Assembly: GCA_012798455.1 (NCBI GenBank)
Contig: JAAZNC010000081.1
Coordinates: forward strand, 4,752 to 68,751
Direction: 5' to 3'
Source: Chloroflexota bacterium
GTDB taxonomy: Bacteria; Chloroflexota; Anaerolineae; Anaerolineales; Anaerolineaceae
DNA length: 64,000 bases
A program made the translations under genes and the position numbers. The notes beneath the pieces are model-generated. The model saw only the letters and a program-made list of their open reading frames with translations. It searched no databases and had not been told where the DNA came from. Shown in pieces: positions 1 through 8,564 of the stretch (positions are counted from its first letter, which is position 1; every line of letters starts with the position of its first letter).

Positions 1-524
1 CACTGGCAATCAACCTTTCAACCCGTTTGTTGTTGGATCACAGTTGGATCCAAAAATATGAAGAGTTGCTAAAAATATACCATATTGATCCGAAACGTAT
101 TGTTTTTGAGATCACTGAAACGGTCATCATGAAAGATGTCGAAAGATCGAGTGAGGCATTACGACGCTTGAAAGATATAGGTTCACTGATCGCCCTGGAC
201 GATTTTGGCACCGGCTATTCTTCGCTGGAATACATCCAGATGCTGCCGATCGATTATATGAAGATCGACCAGCGTTTTGTGAAAGATGTGCACAGCCAGC
301 CCAAGAACCAAAAGATCGTGCGAACTGCCATTTCATTGGCAAAGTCAATCGAGGTAGAAACAGTAGCAGAAGGGATCGAGTCACAGGAAGATTATGATTG
401 GCTGGTGCGGGCAGGCTGTAAATACGGGCAGGGGTATTTCATGGGCAAACCCATGTCTGCGGAAGATTTTCTAGAGTGGATCAAATGCCAGGATAGCTAT
501 ATTTCGGCTGCACAGGCTGATTGA
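1..524 (+). CDS. EAL-domain cyclic-di-GMP phosphodiesterase, C-terminal part (5' end lies upstream of the window)
   Basis: The frame is open from the window edge (LAINLSTRLLLDH precedes the track start at 27). EAL-family motifs are present: FEITE, DDFGTGYSSL, KIDQRFV, AEGIES, QGYFMGKP. Confidence 0.85.
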   Translation, partial: LAINLSTRLLLDHSWIQKYEELLKIYHIDPKRIVFEITETVIMKDVERSSEALRRLKDIGSLIALDDFGTGYSSLEYIQMLPIDYMKIDQRFVKDVHSQPKNQKIVRTAISLAKSIEVETVAEGIESQEDYDWLVRAGCKYGQGYFMGKPMSAEDFLEWIKCQDSYISAAQAD

Positions 525-528
525 TTTC

Positions 529-798
529 TTAATTGCGCTTCAATTTCCATTGATGCCCACAGTGCTGGCAGACTGCCAGCTTCTGCATGGTCGTCTCCAA
601 TGGGCGGTGGTGGAAAATACGAATGAGCAGCATGGGCAGTGTGACGAACAACCACATCAGCACCTCGATCACCCAACCGATCAATAGAAAATAGATCCAC
701 CATAGGGCAGAACGTTTTTTTGTATGGGTATCTGCAATAACCTGAACGGAGATATCTGTGGATTTACATTTGGGGCAGATCAGAGTATAGGAAGTCAT
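529..798 (-). CDS. small membrane protein with split zinc-ribbon (CPKC ... CQHC) flanking a hydrophobic hairpin
   Basis: 89-aa ORF with an ATG start, two CxxC pairs and a central hydrophobic stretch. No family recognised. Confidence 0.45.
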   Translation of the reverse strand: MTSYTLICPKCKSTDISVQVIADTHTKKRSALWWIYFLLIGWVIEVLMWLFVTLPMLLIRIFHHRPLETTMQKLAVCQHCGHQWKLKRN

Positions 799-843
799 GC
801 TGTTTTTCTCGCTATTGATATTAGGATACTGGTTGATTATATC

Positions 844-1890
844 TTAAGGAATGAAGACCGCTTTGATGATCTTGCCAGATATGGCGGCCTGTACACCCTG
901 CCGGAATTCGATCAATGGGTATGTTGAGATGATGCGCTCGACATGGACGTGACCTTCGCCGATCAAGCGCAGCGCTTCTTGATGGTGGTGGGGAGCATAG
1001 ATGCTGGATCCGATCAGGCGAATGCAATCGTAATGCACTTTGTTGAGGTCGAAAGGGATCACAGATTGCCCCTTGGGCAGACCGGCGAACACCACGATCT
1101 GTCCGCCTTTGCTGATGCTTTCCAGAGCTTGCTGTTGTACCACGGGCGCTGCGGTGGCGGTGAAGATGAGATCGACTCCCACATCGTTGGTAATAGATTG
1201 GATCCTCTCTACGGCATTCTCGTTGGAAGCATTAATGCTGTGACTGGGTTGGAAATGCTGGGCAATGTGAAGGCGTGTCTCATTGGGGTCGATGATGATG
1301 ATAGAGTGCAAACCCTGGTTGCGCAGCAGTTGCAGTAGCAAACATCCAATGGCGCCGGAACCGAAGATGGCGGCGCTGTGCACGTTGCGTAAGTCGACCA
1401 GATCTATGGCGTGCAGGCAGGCTGCCAGCGGTTCAGCCAGAGCGGCAGGTACGGCATCCAACCCTGGCGGGATGGGATTGATAATCCCGTGCTGCAGGGC
1501 ATCTTGCGGGAGGACAATGTAATCGGCAAAACCTCCCGGCCAGGTCTGCCCGATCTCGCGGTAGTGCTGGCATAACTCAAATTGACCACGCCGGCAAAAA
1601 TGACAGGTGCCGCAATAAACCACCGGTGCCAGCGCCAGGCGCATGCCGGGTGACCAGCGGGGGTCAACCAGCGCTCCGGAAACCTGGATCGTGCCGCTGA
1701 TCTCGTGCCCCAGGACATAAGGAGGGGTGACCTTGCGATGCCCGAATTTGAGTGTGCGCAGATCCGAACCGCACAAGCCCACCGCATCCACCTTCATCAA
1801 CACTGCATTATCAGAGATGGATGGAATGGGCATTTTTTCCAATGTATAGTCTCCGGGTCCCTTGTAGATCACTGCGTGCATCTCTTCCAT
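844..1890 (-). CDS. zinc-dependent alcohol/polyol dehydrogenase (MDR superfamily, sorbitol/threonine dehydrogenase-like)
   Basis: Carries GLCGSDL, GHEISG, CGTCHFCRRG (structural Zn Cys cluster) and the GSGAIG Rossmann motif. The start was moved to the ATG at 1890, which is preceded by AAGAGG. Confidence 0.85.
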   Translation of the reverse strand: MEEMHAVIYKGPGDYTLEKMPIPSISDNAVLMKVDAVGLCGSDLRTLKFGHRKVTPPYVLGHEISGTIQVSGALVDPRWSPGMRLALAPVVYCGTCHFCRRGQFELCQHYREIGQTWPGGFADYIVLPQDALQHGIINPIPPGLDAVPAALAEPLAACLHAIDLVDLRNVHSAAIFGSGAIGCLLLQLLRNQGLHSIIIIDPNETRLHIAQHFQPSHSINASNENAVERIQSITNDVGVDLIFTATAAPVVQQQALESISKGGQIVVFAGLPKGQSVIPFDLNKVHYDCIRLIGSSIYAPHHHQEALRLIGEGHVHVERIISTYPLIEFRQGVQAAISGKIIKAVFIP

Positions 1891-1932
1891 GTTGCCTCTT
1901 TTTTTTGTTTTTTCTATCATCATTTTAATGGC

Positions 1933-1944
1933 ATTCTATAGAAT
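1933..1944. promoter_or_regulatory. perfect 12-bp palindrome ATTCTATAGAAT in the divergent control region
   Basis: Seen directly. It lies just upstream of the dehydrogenase start and about 140 nt upstream of the sorC-gut promoter. Confidence 0.3.
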
Positions 1945-2082
1945 TGCTGCCAATCGTGCAGAGTAACCCTGATTATAAATTGTTGGGAATCAATTCATCA
2001 TTGAAGATTCAACCTATCATTATTCATGTAGTCATTTATGGGTGATATTTTCATTGGTGATTCACACTGCTCATTTAAATGC

Positions 2083-2111
2083 TTGATTTTCAGTATGAAA
2101 CATGCTATAAT
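2083..2111 (+). promoter_or_regulatory. sigma70-type promoter of the sorC-gut operon
   Basis: TTGATT (2083-2088), a 17 nt spacer, then TATAAT (2106-2111), about 40 nt before the ATG at 2153. Confidence 0.5.
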
Positions 2112-2152
2112 AGCAGGTGAACAAAAGAACAGTATTGAGCATATGAACACTT

Positions 2153-3097
2153 ATGGCGACTGATCCGATCACGCAAAAACTGATGTACAAGATAGCCCGC
2201 GCTTATTATGATGATGGATTGACTCAACAGGAGATAGGGGCGAGATTTGGGTTGTCGCGTATTAAAGTAGGGCGGTTGCTGGAAAAAGCGCGCCGGGAAA
2301 AACTGGTGCAGATCTCTATTCAAGAACCGAAGATCGATGCGGATATTGAGTTAGAGAACAAAATAGAAAAGAAATACAATGTCGATGAGGTCATTCTAGT
2401 ACCTGTCAAGAATGATCATCAACGCACCCTGCAAGCCATCGGGATGGCGACCGCCGATTTCTTGGACCGAGTCATCTCTGGTGATGAGATCATCGGCATC
2501 ACTTGGGGCGGCACCATGCTGGCGATGGTAGATGCCCTGCACAGCAATAATTGGCCGGGTATGCGCATCGTCCAGTTGCTGGGAGGGTTGGGTTCATCGC
2601 AGGCAGATATGTATGCTGCCGATCTGACCATCCGCATGGCGCAGACCTTTGGCGCAAAAGCTCGCCTTTTATCGGCGCCGGGCATTGTGCCTACCAAAGA
2701 AATCTGCGATGCGTTGCGGCAAGACCAGCAGATTGAAGAAACCCTGGAACTGGGCAAAAAAGCCGATATCGCCATCGTCGGTCTGGGAAGACCTACTTCC
2801 AGCTCACCGGTCATTAAATATGGCATCCTTTCACCGGATGAATTGGTGCAATTGGAGAAACAAGGCGCCGTGGGGGATGTGGGACTTCGTTTCATGGATG
2901 CCAATGGAGAGGCGATCAAAAATGAAATCAACAACCGCATCATTGGGTTGGATTTTGCGCAGTACAAAAGTATTAAAAAAGTTGTTGGGATCGCAGCCGG
3001 TCCCGAAAAATATGAAGTAGTAAAAGCATCTCTTATTGGTAATTTACTTAGTGTTTTGATAACCGATTCGGAAATAGGAAAACGATTGGTGGAATAA
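2153..3097 (+). CDS. SorC/DeoR-type sugar-binding transcriptional regulator
   Basis: N-terminal HTH (YYDDGLTQQEIGARFGLSRIKVGRLL) plus a SorC sugar-binding domain (ITWGGTM, VQLLGG, IAIVGLG). Confidence 0.85.
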   Translation: MATDPITQKLMYKIARAYYDDGLTQQEIGARFGLSRIKVGRLLEKARREKLVQISIQEPKIDADIELENKIEKKYNVDEVILVPVKNDHQRTLQAIGMATADFLDRVISGDEIIGITWGGTMLAMVDALHSNNWPGMRIVQLLGGLGSSQADMYAADLTIRMAQTFGAKARLLSAPGIVPTKEICDALRQDQQIEETLELGKKADIAIVGLGRPTSSSPVIKYGILSPDELVQLEKQGAVGDVGLRFMDANGEAIKNEINNRIIGLDFAQYKSIKKVVGIAAGPEKYEVVKASLIGNLLSVLITDSEIGKRLVE

Positions 3098-3122
3098 GAA
3101 AAACCGAAAAAACGGAGTTGAG

Positions 3123-3578
3123 ATGCAGCTTGGATCAACCATCATTGTTGCTTTTGTAGTTGCTTGGGTCATTCAATACGCGATGACTTTTCTGCAAATG
3201 CGTCGCTATAATCAACGTCTAAAGAAAATGAAGAAAATGGGACCTACGGCAGTAGGTATGTCAGGTTCCATGTATAAGAGACGCGCTTATGGGGTATTAG
3301 TATTCGATGATCAAGAAAAGATCATCCATGCCGAACAATTTTCTGGATGGACCGTTTTTGCCGGTTTAAAACCCGTAAATGAATTAGTGGGGCTTACGCT
3401 CACTCAAGTGAAAGATGAGAGTGTGGAGTTGCCTATATCGAAAAAGATCCGCAGTGCCTTTATCAATGCTGTCGATCAGGTGGAACACGCCAGAAAAAAA
3501 GCTGCCGAGGCAGCCGCCCAGGCACAAATTGACACACAACCGGATGAGAATTCTTCGGGGGTTAATGTAGAAAATTAA
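3123..3578 (+). CDS. gutM: GutM-like glucitol operon activator
   Basis: N-terminal TM segment, and its position directly before srlA. The architecture resembles E. coli GutM, with a longer Ala/Gln-rich tail. Confidence 0.65.
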   Translation: MQLGSTIIVAFVVAWVIQYAMTFLQMRRYNQRLKKMKKMGPTAVGMSGSMYKRRAYGVLVFDDQEKIIHAEQFSGWTVFAGLKPVNELVGLTLTQVKDESVELPISKKIRSAFINAVDQVEHARKKAAEAAAQAQIDTQPDENSSGVNVEN

Positions 3579-3666
3579 AAAAAAGGAGGTGTTTCATAAG
3601 AAGATCAAATAAGAGGTAATTGAAAGTCGGCAATTTAAAAACAAAAAATTTTGGAGGTTATTCACA

Positions 3667-4209
3667 ATGGAAGGATTAGCAAAATTTGCTGAGGGCTTCA
3701 TTGGAGTATTCCAGCAAGGTGGTCAGACATTCGTTGGACTGGTCACTGGGATCATTCCTCTGTTGATAGTCCTAATGACCGCGGTCAATGCATTGATTGC
3801 AATGATCGGACCTGAAAAGGTTGAAAATCTTGGTAAGGTAGCCGCGCGCCCCGGTATTCTCTATTATCCTTTGCGCTATATGATCTTGCCTTTTGTAGCA
3901 GTGTTCTTTTTCACCAACCCAATGGCATACACCATGGGACGTTTCTTACCCGAACGCTACAAACCAGCTTTCTACGATGCCGCTGTCAGTTTCGTGCACC
4001 CACCGTTGGGACTCTTCCCGCACGTCAACCCCGGTGAGTATTTCGTTTGGGCTGGTATCGCAGCCGGCATCACCACCCTTGGTTTACCTTTAGGCGATCT
4101 GGCTATCCGCTACCTGCTGGTCGGTCTGGTTGTAATTTTGATCCGCGGTATCTTAACCGAAGCGATCACTGCCGTTATGATGGGTCGCAAAGCGGCGGAA
4201 AAGAAATAG
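3667..4209 (+). CDS. srlA: PTS glucitol/sorbitol-specific EIIC component (SrlA)
   Basis: Collinear with E. coli SrlA (FIGVFQQGGQTFVGLVTGIIPLL, GRFLPERYKP, HVNPGE). A GGAGG RBS is present. Confidence 0.9.
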   Translation: MEGLAKFAEGFIGVFQQGGQTFVGLVTGIIPLLIVLMTAVNALIAMIGPEKVENLGKVAARPGILYYPLRYMILPFVAVFFFTNPMAYTMGRFLPERYKPAFYDAAVSFVHPPLGLFPHVNPGEYFVWAGIAAGITTLGLPLGDLAIRYLLVGLVVILIRGILTEAITAVMMGRKAAEKK

Positions 4210-4218
4210 GAGAGAATC

Positions 4219-4752
4219 ATGGCTAAATTTCTTGAAAAAATCGGACGTGGTGTAGGGAAAGTTGTTGGTCTGCTGTATCAGGCAGGTCGTGAATCAATTG
4301 ACCAGGTTATCAAGAACGTATTACCGTTCATGGCATTCATCTCCATGATCATCGGTATCATCCTGGCAACTGGTGTTGGTGATTTTCTGGCAAACACCCT
4401 GGCTCCCCTGGCATCCAGCCTGATCGGTCTGCTGGTCATGACCCTGATCATTGGATTCCCTGTTCTTTCCCCACTGCTGGGACCTGGCGCGGTCATCGCC
4501 CAGATCATCGGTACACTGTTGGGAACTTTGATCGGTGAAGGCGCAATTCCTCCACAAATGGCACTCCCGGCTTTGTTCGCGATCAACCCGCAGGTTGGTT
4601 GTGATTTCATCCCGGTAGGTCTGTCATTGGGTGAGGCTGAACCCGAAACCGTTGAAATCGGCGTTCCGGCAGTATTGTTCTCCCGATTCGTCACCGGACC
4701 CATCTCTGTTGTGTTGGCCTGGTTGGCAAGCTTTGGATTATATTCTGCTTAA
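4219..4752 (+). CDS. srlE: PTS glucitol/sorbitol membrane domain equivalent to the C-terminal (EIIC2) half of SrlE, encoded as a separate protein
   Basis: Aligns with E. coli SrlE residues about 150-319 ([55 protein letters not shown]). Confidence 0.85.
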   Translation: MAKFLEKIGRGVGKVVGLLYQAGRESIDQVIKNVLPFMAFISMIIGIILATGVGDFLANTLAPLASSLIGLLVMTLIIGFPVLSPLLGPGAVIAQIIGTLLGTLIGEGAIPPQMALPALFAINPQVGCDFIPVGLSLGEAEPETVEIGVPAVLFSRFVTGPISVVLAWLASFGLYSA

Positions 4753-4769
4753 ATAATTGGGAAAAAGGC

Positions 4770-4806
4770 GTGAAGGGTGGCAGATCGTGAGACCTGCCCC
4801 CTTCAC
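4770..4806 (+). other. GC-rich 13-bp stem-loop between the two srlE-derived genes, followed by a (CA)n run and no U tract
   Basis: GTGAAGGGTGGCAG pairs with CTGCCCCCTTCAC (one bulge, 10-nt loop). It lies in a 112 nt intra-operon spacer. Confidence 0.5.
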
Positions 4807-4864
4807 CACACACACACTTATTATAATTGAAATGTAAGAATAAGAAAAAAGAGGTTCCGAAAAC

Positions 4865-5245
4865 ATGGCTGATAAGAAATATAAGAAGATAAAGATCAAA
4901 GCTGGACCGAAAGGTTGGGGTGGTCCACTGGTTATCGAGCCAACCGATGAAAAGAATCTGATCTACTCCGTTACCGGCGGTGGCATTCATCCATTAGCTG
5001 CGAAAATCGCTGAACTGACGGGCGGAACAACTTTTGACGGTTTTAAATCTCGTGCTCCATTTGAACAAATTGCAGTATGTGTGATCGACTGCGGTGGCAC
5101 CGCCCGAGTGGGTGTTTACCCAATGAAGAAAGTGCCCACGGTCGACATTTATCCTACTTCACCATCTGGTCCACTTTTCCGTTTCATCACTGAAGACATT
5201 TTTGTTTCAGGAGTACGGATGGAAGATATTGAAGTACTAGACTGA
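4865..5245 (+). CDS. srlE: PTS glucitol/sorbitol EIIB domain equivalent to the N-terminal half of SrlE, encoded as a separate protein
   Basis: Carries GWGGPL, VIDCGGTARVGVYP (phospho-Cys region) and GPLFRFITEDIFVSGV, matching the E. coli SrlE N-terminus. Confidence 0.85.
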   Translation: MADKKYKKIKIKAGPKGWGGPLVIEPTDEKNLIYSVTGGGIHPLAAKIAELTGGTTFDGFKSRAPFEQIAVCVIDCGGTARVGVYPMKKVPTVDIYPTSPSGPLFRFITEDIFVSGVRMEDIEVLD

Positions 5246-5337
5246 CCTGCTAAAAGTTCATTAACATCTGGCGAAAATAACTTCTATTGTGAAAAATGAT
5301 GGAGGTTCGTTTTCGGATTTAAAAAAAGGAGTGGACC

Positions 5338-5700
5338 ATGATCAAATATCAGGGAAAAGTCATCTCGATCGGTCCATTGGTCGATGAATTTAAACAGGCT
5401 GGCATTCTGGTTTTTTTTGGAGAGAAAGCGCCTGAAGAATTAGTGGAGTTTTCTATCATCCACGATGCAAAAGACCTGATAAAACCTGTCGAATCTGGGG
5501 ATACGGTGTATATCGGCTCCGAAGGATTCAAGGTACTGTCAGTTGGAGAAGTTGCCAATACAAATCTGGCGAATCTGGGACATTTAATCCTCAAATTCAG
5601 CGGTGAGGATACAGCCCGTCTGCCTGGAGATGTGAATGTGGAAGAAAAACACATCCCGGCTATTGCAATTGGCACAGAAATCAAAATTGAAGGAAGTTGA
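5338..5700 (+). CDS. srlB: PTS glucitol/sorbitol EIIA component (SrlB)
   Basis: 120 aa, collinear with E. coli SrlB (FSIIHDA, GHLILKF.G). AAGGAG RBS. Confidence 0.85.
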   Translation: MIKYQGKVISIGPLVDEFKQAGILVFFGEKAPEELVEFSIIHDAKDLIKPVESGDTVYIGSEGFKVLSVGEVANTNLANLGHLILKFSGEDTARLPGDVNVEEKHIPAIAIGTEIKIEGS

Positions 5701-5717
5701 ATTTTGGAGGATATGGA

Positions 5718-7025
5718 ATGTCCTTTAAAGAGTTGTTGTATAAATTCGAAAAGGAGAATAAGCGACCTGTACGGGTAGGGCTGTTGGGTGCCGGTCAAAT
5801 GGGCACCGGGTTGATCAGCCAGATCGAAAAAATGCATGGCATCAAGGTCGCCGCGGTTGCGGACGTACGAAAAGATCGTGCTTATGAAGCTTATCAGGAA
5901 GCCAGTGTCGACAAAGCACTGCTTGTGAAAAATGATGACGATCCCGAAAAAGCAGCACAGGCGGTCGAAAATGGCAAGCGCATTGCCTGTCACACTTCGG
6001 ATATGATCGTACAGATTCCCAACCTGGATATTGTGGTCGAGTCGACCGGTATCCCAGAAGTAGGTGCAAAATTCTGCTATGATGCCATCTTGGCACGCAA
6101 ATCTGTGGTCAATATGAATGTGGAGACAGATGTGGTGGTGGGCTACCAATTGGCGAAGATGGCAGCAGCAGCTGGTGTGGTCTATACCCTGGTAGCTGGT
6201 GACGAGCCGGGCTCTGTCAAAGAACTGTATGACTTCGCCGATACATTGGGTTTTGAGATCGTATGTATCGGAAAAGGGAAAAATAACCCGCTGCATCCCC
6301 AGGCTACTCCCGATTCGGTGGCGGAATCAGCCAAGGCACAGAATATGAATCCCAAGATGCTGGCGGCGTTTGAAGATGGCACCAAGACCATGGCAGAAAT
6401 GACCGCTATGGCGAACGGAACCGGTTATGCACCAGAAGTGCGCGGAGCGCACGGTCCCACCGTGGAGGTTGCAGATCTGCCAAAGGTGTTCTGCCCGAAA
6501 AAAAATGGTGGCATCCTTGAAACACGCCATGCTGTCGATTATGCCATGGGGAAGATCGCCCCGGGGGTGTTTATCATCATCACCACCGATCAGCCCAAGA
6601 TCATGGCTGACCTGAATTACCTGCATGTCAGCCACTATGGCAATTACTGGGCTTTGTATCGCCCCTATCACATGGCGAACCTGGAAACACCCATTTCGAT
6701 CCTGCGCGCTTTCTTCCACCATGAAGAAACACTGGCGACCCACACTGCTCCCACCGCCGAGACCATCACCATGGCAAAGCGAGATCTGAAAGCTGGTGAA
6801 AAAGTAGATTACCTGGGTGGTTACACGGTATATGGTAATATTGAAAAAGCTGAAGTGGCACGCCAAGAGGGCTTGGTACCACTCGGTTTGACCGTCGGTG
6901 GCATTATTACAAAGGATGTCAAACAGGGTCAGCCGTTGCATTATTCTGAAGTGGAGTTGAACGAATCGCAAACCATCTATCACTTACGCTGGCTTCAGGA
7001 TAAGGCGCTGGGGTATTTGGATTAG
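5718..7025 (+). CDS. NAD(P)-binding oxidoreductase with C-terminal SAF domain (COG4091, homoserine-dehydrogenase-like fold)
   Basis: Carries RVGLLGAGQMG (Rossmann), VESTG and a C-terminal SAF-like beta-clip (AKRDLKAGEKVD ... VPLGL). The start was moved to the ATG at 5718, seven nt after GGAGG. Confidence 0.75.
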   Translation: MSFKELLYKFEKENKRPVRVGLLGAGQMGTGLISQIEKMHGIKVAAVADVRKDRAYEAYQEASVDKALLVKNDDDPEKAAQAVENGKRIACHTSDMIVQIPNLDIVVESTGIPEVGAKFCYDAILARKSVVNMNVETDVVVGYQLAKMAAAAGVVYTLVAGDEPGSVKELYDFADTLGFEIVCIGKGKNNPLHPQATPDSVAESAKAQNMNPKMLAAFEDGTKTMAEMTAMANGTGYAPEVRGAHGPTVEVADLPKVFCPKKNGGILETRHAVDYAMGKIAPGVFIIITTDQPKIMADLNYLHVSHYGNYWALYRPYHMANLETPISILRAFFHHEETLATHTAPTAETITMAKRDLKAGEKVDYLGGYTVYGNIEKAEVARQEGLVPLGLTVGGIITKDVKQGQPLHYSEVELNESQTIYHLRWLQDKALGYLD

Positions 7026-7048
7026 AGCATTTTGAAAAACAGGTGTAT

Positions 7049-7675
7049 ATGTTGAAACAATTCCAGCGGGCAACATGGAAGATTGTTGATCTGGTAAATT
7101 CACCTCGCAAAACACAGAAGATCACACGCAGTGCAGTAGCATCGCGTGTGATCTTTGCGCAATATCTGGCTGTTGCCAAATTTCTGGATACCAGGGGCTT
7201 TTGTGCCGGTTCACTGGCGGAAATGAGCATGCGGGTGGCTGGCGGTAAGTTCCTGATCAACCCGTCTGGCGTTCCTTTGAGCTTATTGGATGAAGAAACG
7301 CTACTCTTTGCCGGGGTGGAGAAGATACCACAAGATGAGGAATTGGCACTGGTCAGGCATGCAACCTGGCATCAGCATATCTACCAGCACAGCTCTGCAG
7401 CCGCAGTACTGCTGTGCCAGCCGCGTCATGTGATGGCAATACTGAACAAGCGACAGATCCCTCCCCAGGGGATATTGAGGGATGCAGATGCTTTGATCAA
7501 GCGACTGAAATTGATCCCGCAAGACAAGGTCAATGAAGAAAATATAAAAAAAGAGGACGAGATGTGGTTGATCCCGTCCAGCGGAGTGATATTGTGGGGA
7601 AAAACGCTGGCGCAGCTCGTCGACCGGGTGGAGATGCTTGAAAGCGTTTGTGCTATTTTCCTAAGCGATATTTAG
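7049..7675 (+). CDS. class II aldolase/adducin-fold protein lacking the canonical metal-binding histidines
   Basis: FLINPSGVP and the overall alignment match FucA-type aldolases. The HxH and third His positions read LCQ and PSSG instead. Confidence 0.55.
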   Translation: MLKQFQRATWKIVDLVNSPRKTQKITRSAVASRVIFAQYLAVAKFLDTRGFCAGSLAEMSMRVAGGKFLINPSGVPLSLLDEETLLFAGVEKIPQDEELALVRHATWHQHIYQHSSAAAVLLCQPRHVMAILNKRQIPPQGILRDADALIKRLKLIPQDKVNEENIKKEDEMWLIPSSGVILWGKTLAQLVDRVEMLESVCAIFLSDI

Positions 7676-8536
7676 AAGATCTTTCGCTTTTCCCAAACTG
7701 CTGCTCAATTCAAAATAAGTGTTGAGTTTTTTGAAAACTGCCTGCCTGCGCGTCAGGTTTCTTTCGTTCACATCTTTCAGATTATTGACAGGCATGGGAA
7801 GAGATGCTTGCTGATAAGCGGTGAACAGTTCCGTAAAAACATTTAATTTGCAAATGCCTCTTTGAACAGCCTGTCTTATCTGATCGTGGTCCGTCCCGGA
7901 AGTACCATGCAGTACCAACGGTATATTGGAGATATGAGCGATCTCTTCCAGCAGATCGAGGTGCAGGCAATCTGCCACACGGTAGAATCCGTGCTGGGTT
8001 CCGATGGAAACAGCCAACGCATCCACTTCTGTGCGGTTAACGAATTCTTTTACCTGCATAGGATTGGTCAGCTCTTCAGCAGAGGGATCACTGACAAGAT
8101 AATCACTGCCATTTCCCACATGCCCTAATTCTGCTTCCACGCTGGCGTGATAAGTTCTAGCCAGGCTGACTACTTTTTGAGTGATCTTTACATTCTCGTC
8201 AAAAGATCGCATACTGGCATCGATCATTACAGATGTAAAGCCCAGATCCAGATACTTATGAACGATATTGATATCCAAAGCATGGTCGAGATGAAGTGCA
8301 ACGGGAACATTTTGCTTATCGGAGAGTTCTCTGGCAATATGAATGCATTGGTCAATATCATCCAGTTCGAAGGTATTGAATTCACTGTGACAATAACTGA
8401 GAATAAGAGGGGCGTGGTGCTCGCTGGCGCAATCCAATAGAATTTGAGCGAAATCGAGACTGAAAAAGTCAGGAGCCACGACAGCATATTGTTTTTTTTG
8501 AGCCTGTTTTAGAATTTCAGATAGGGTAAAAAGCAT
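7661..8536 (-). CDS. class II ketose-1,6-bisphosphate aldolase (tagatose/fructose-bisphosphate aldolase, GatY/KbaY-like)
   Basis: Carries ALHLDHA, EAELGHVG and VLHGTSG. Its 3' end overlaps the convergent gene by 15 nt. Confidence 0.85.
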   Translation of the reverse strand: MLFTLSEILKQAQKKQYAVVAPDFFSLDFAQILLDCASEHHAPLILSYCHSEFNTFELDDIDQCIHIARELSDKQNVPVALHLDHALDINIVHKYLDLGFTSVMIDASMRSFDENVKITQKVVSLARTYHASVEAELGHVGNGSDYLVSDPSAEELTNPMQVKEFVNRTEVDALAVSIGTQHGFYRVADCLHLDLLEEIAHISNIPLVLHGTSGTDHDQIRQAVQRGICKLNVFTELFTAYQQASLPMPVNNLKDVNERNLTRRQAVFKKLNTYFELSSSLGKAKDLLNIA

Positions 8537-8564
8537 TAATCAATATCTCCATTTCGTTCAAGTA

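Noticed and set aside
2419-3138. 239-aa minus-strand ORF
   Set aside because: It lies antisense to the SorC regulator gene, and no motif or RBS supports it.
4804-4817. (CA)5-6 dinucleotide run after the intra-operon hairpin
   Set aside because: It is too short and is non-coding. There is no evidence for phase variation. It is noted only as part of the hairpin finding.
5349-6983. Minus-strand ORFs of 315 aa (5349-6296) and 218 aa (6327-6983)
   Set aside because: They lie antisense to srlB and the SAF-domain oxidoreductase, both of which have strong family motifs and RBSs. The antisense translations show no recognisable motifs.
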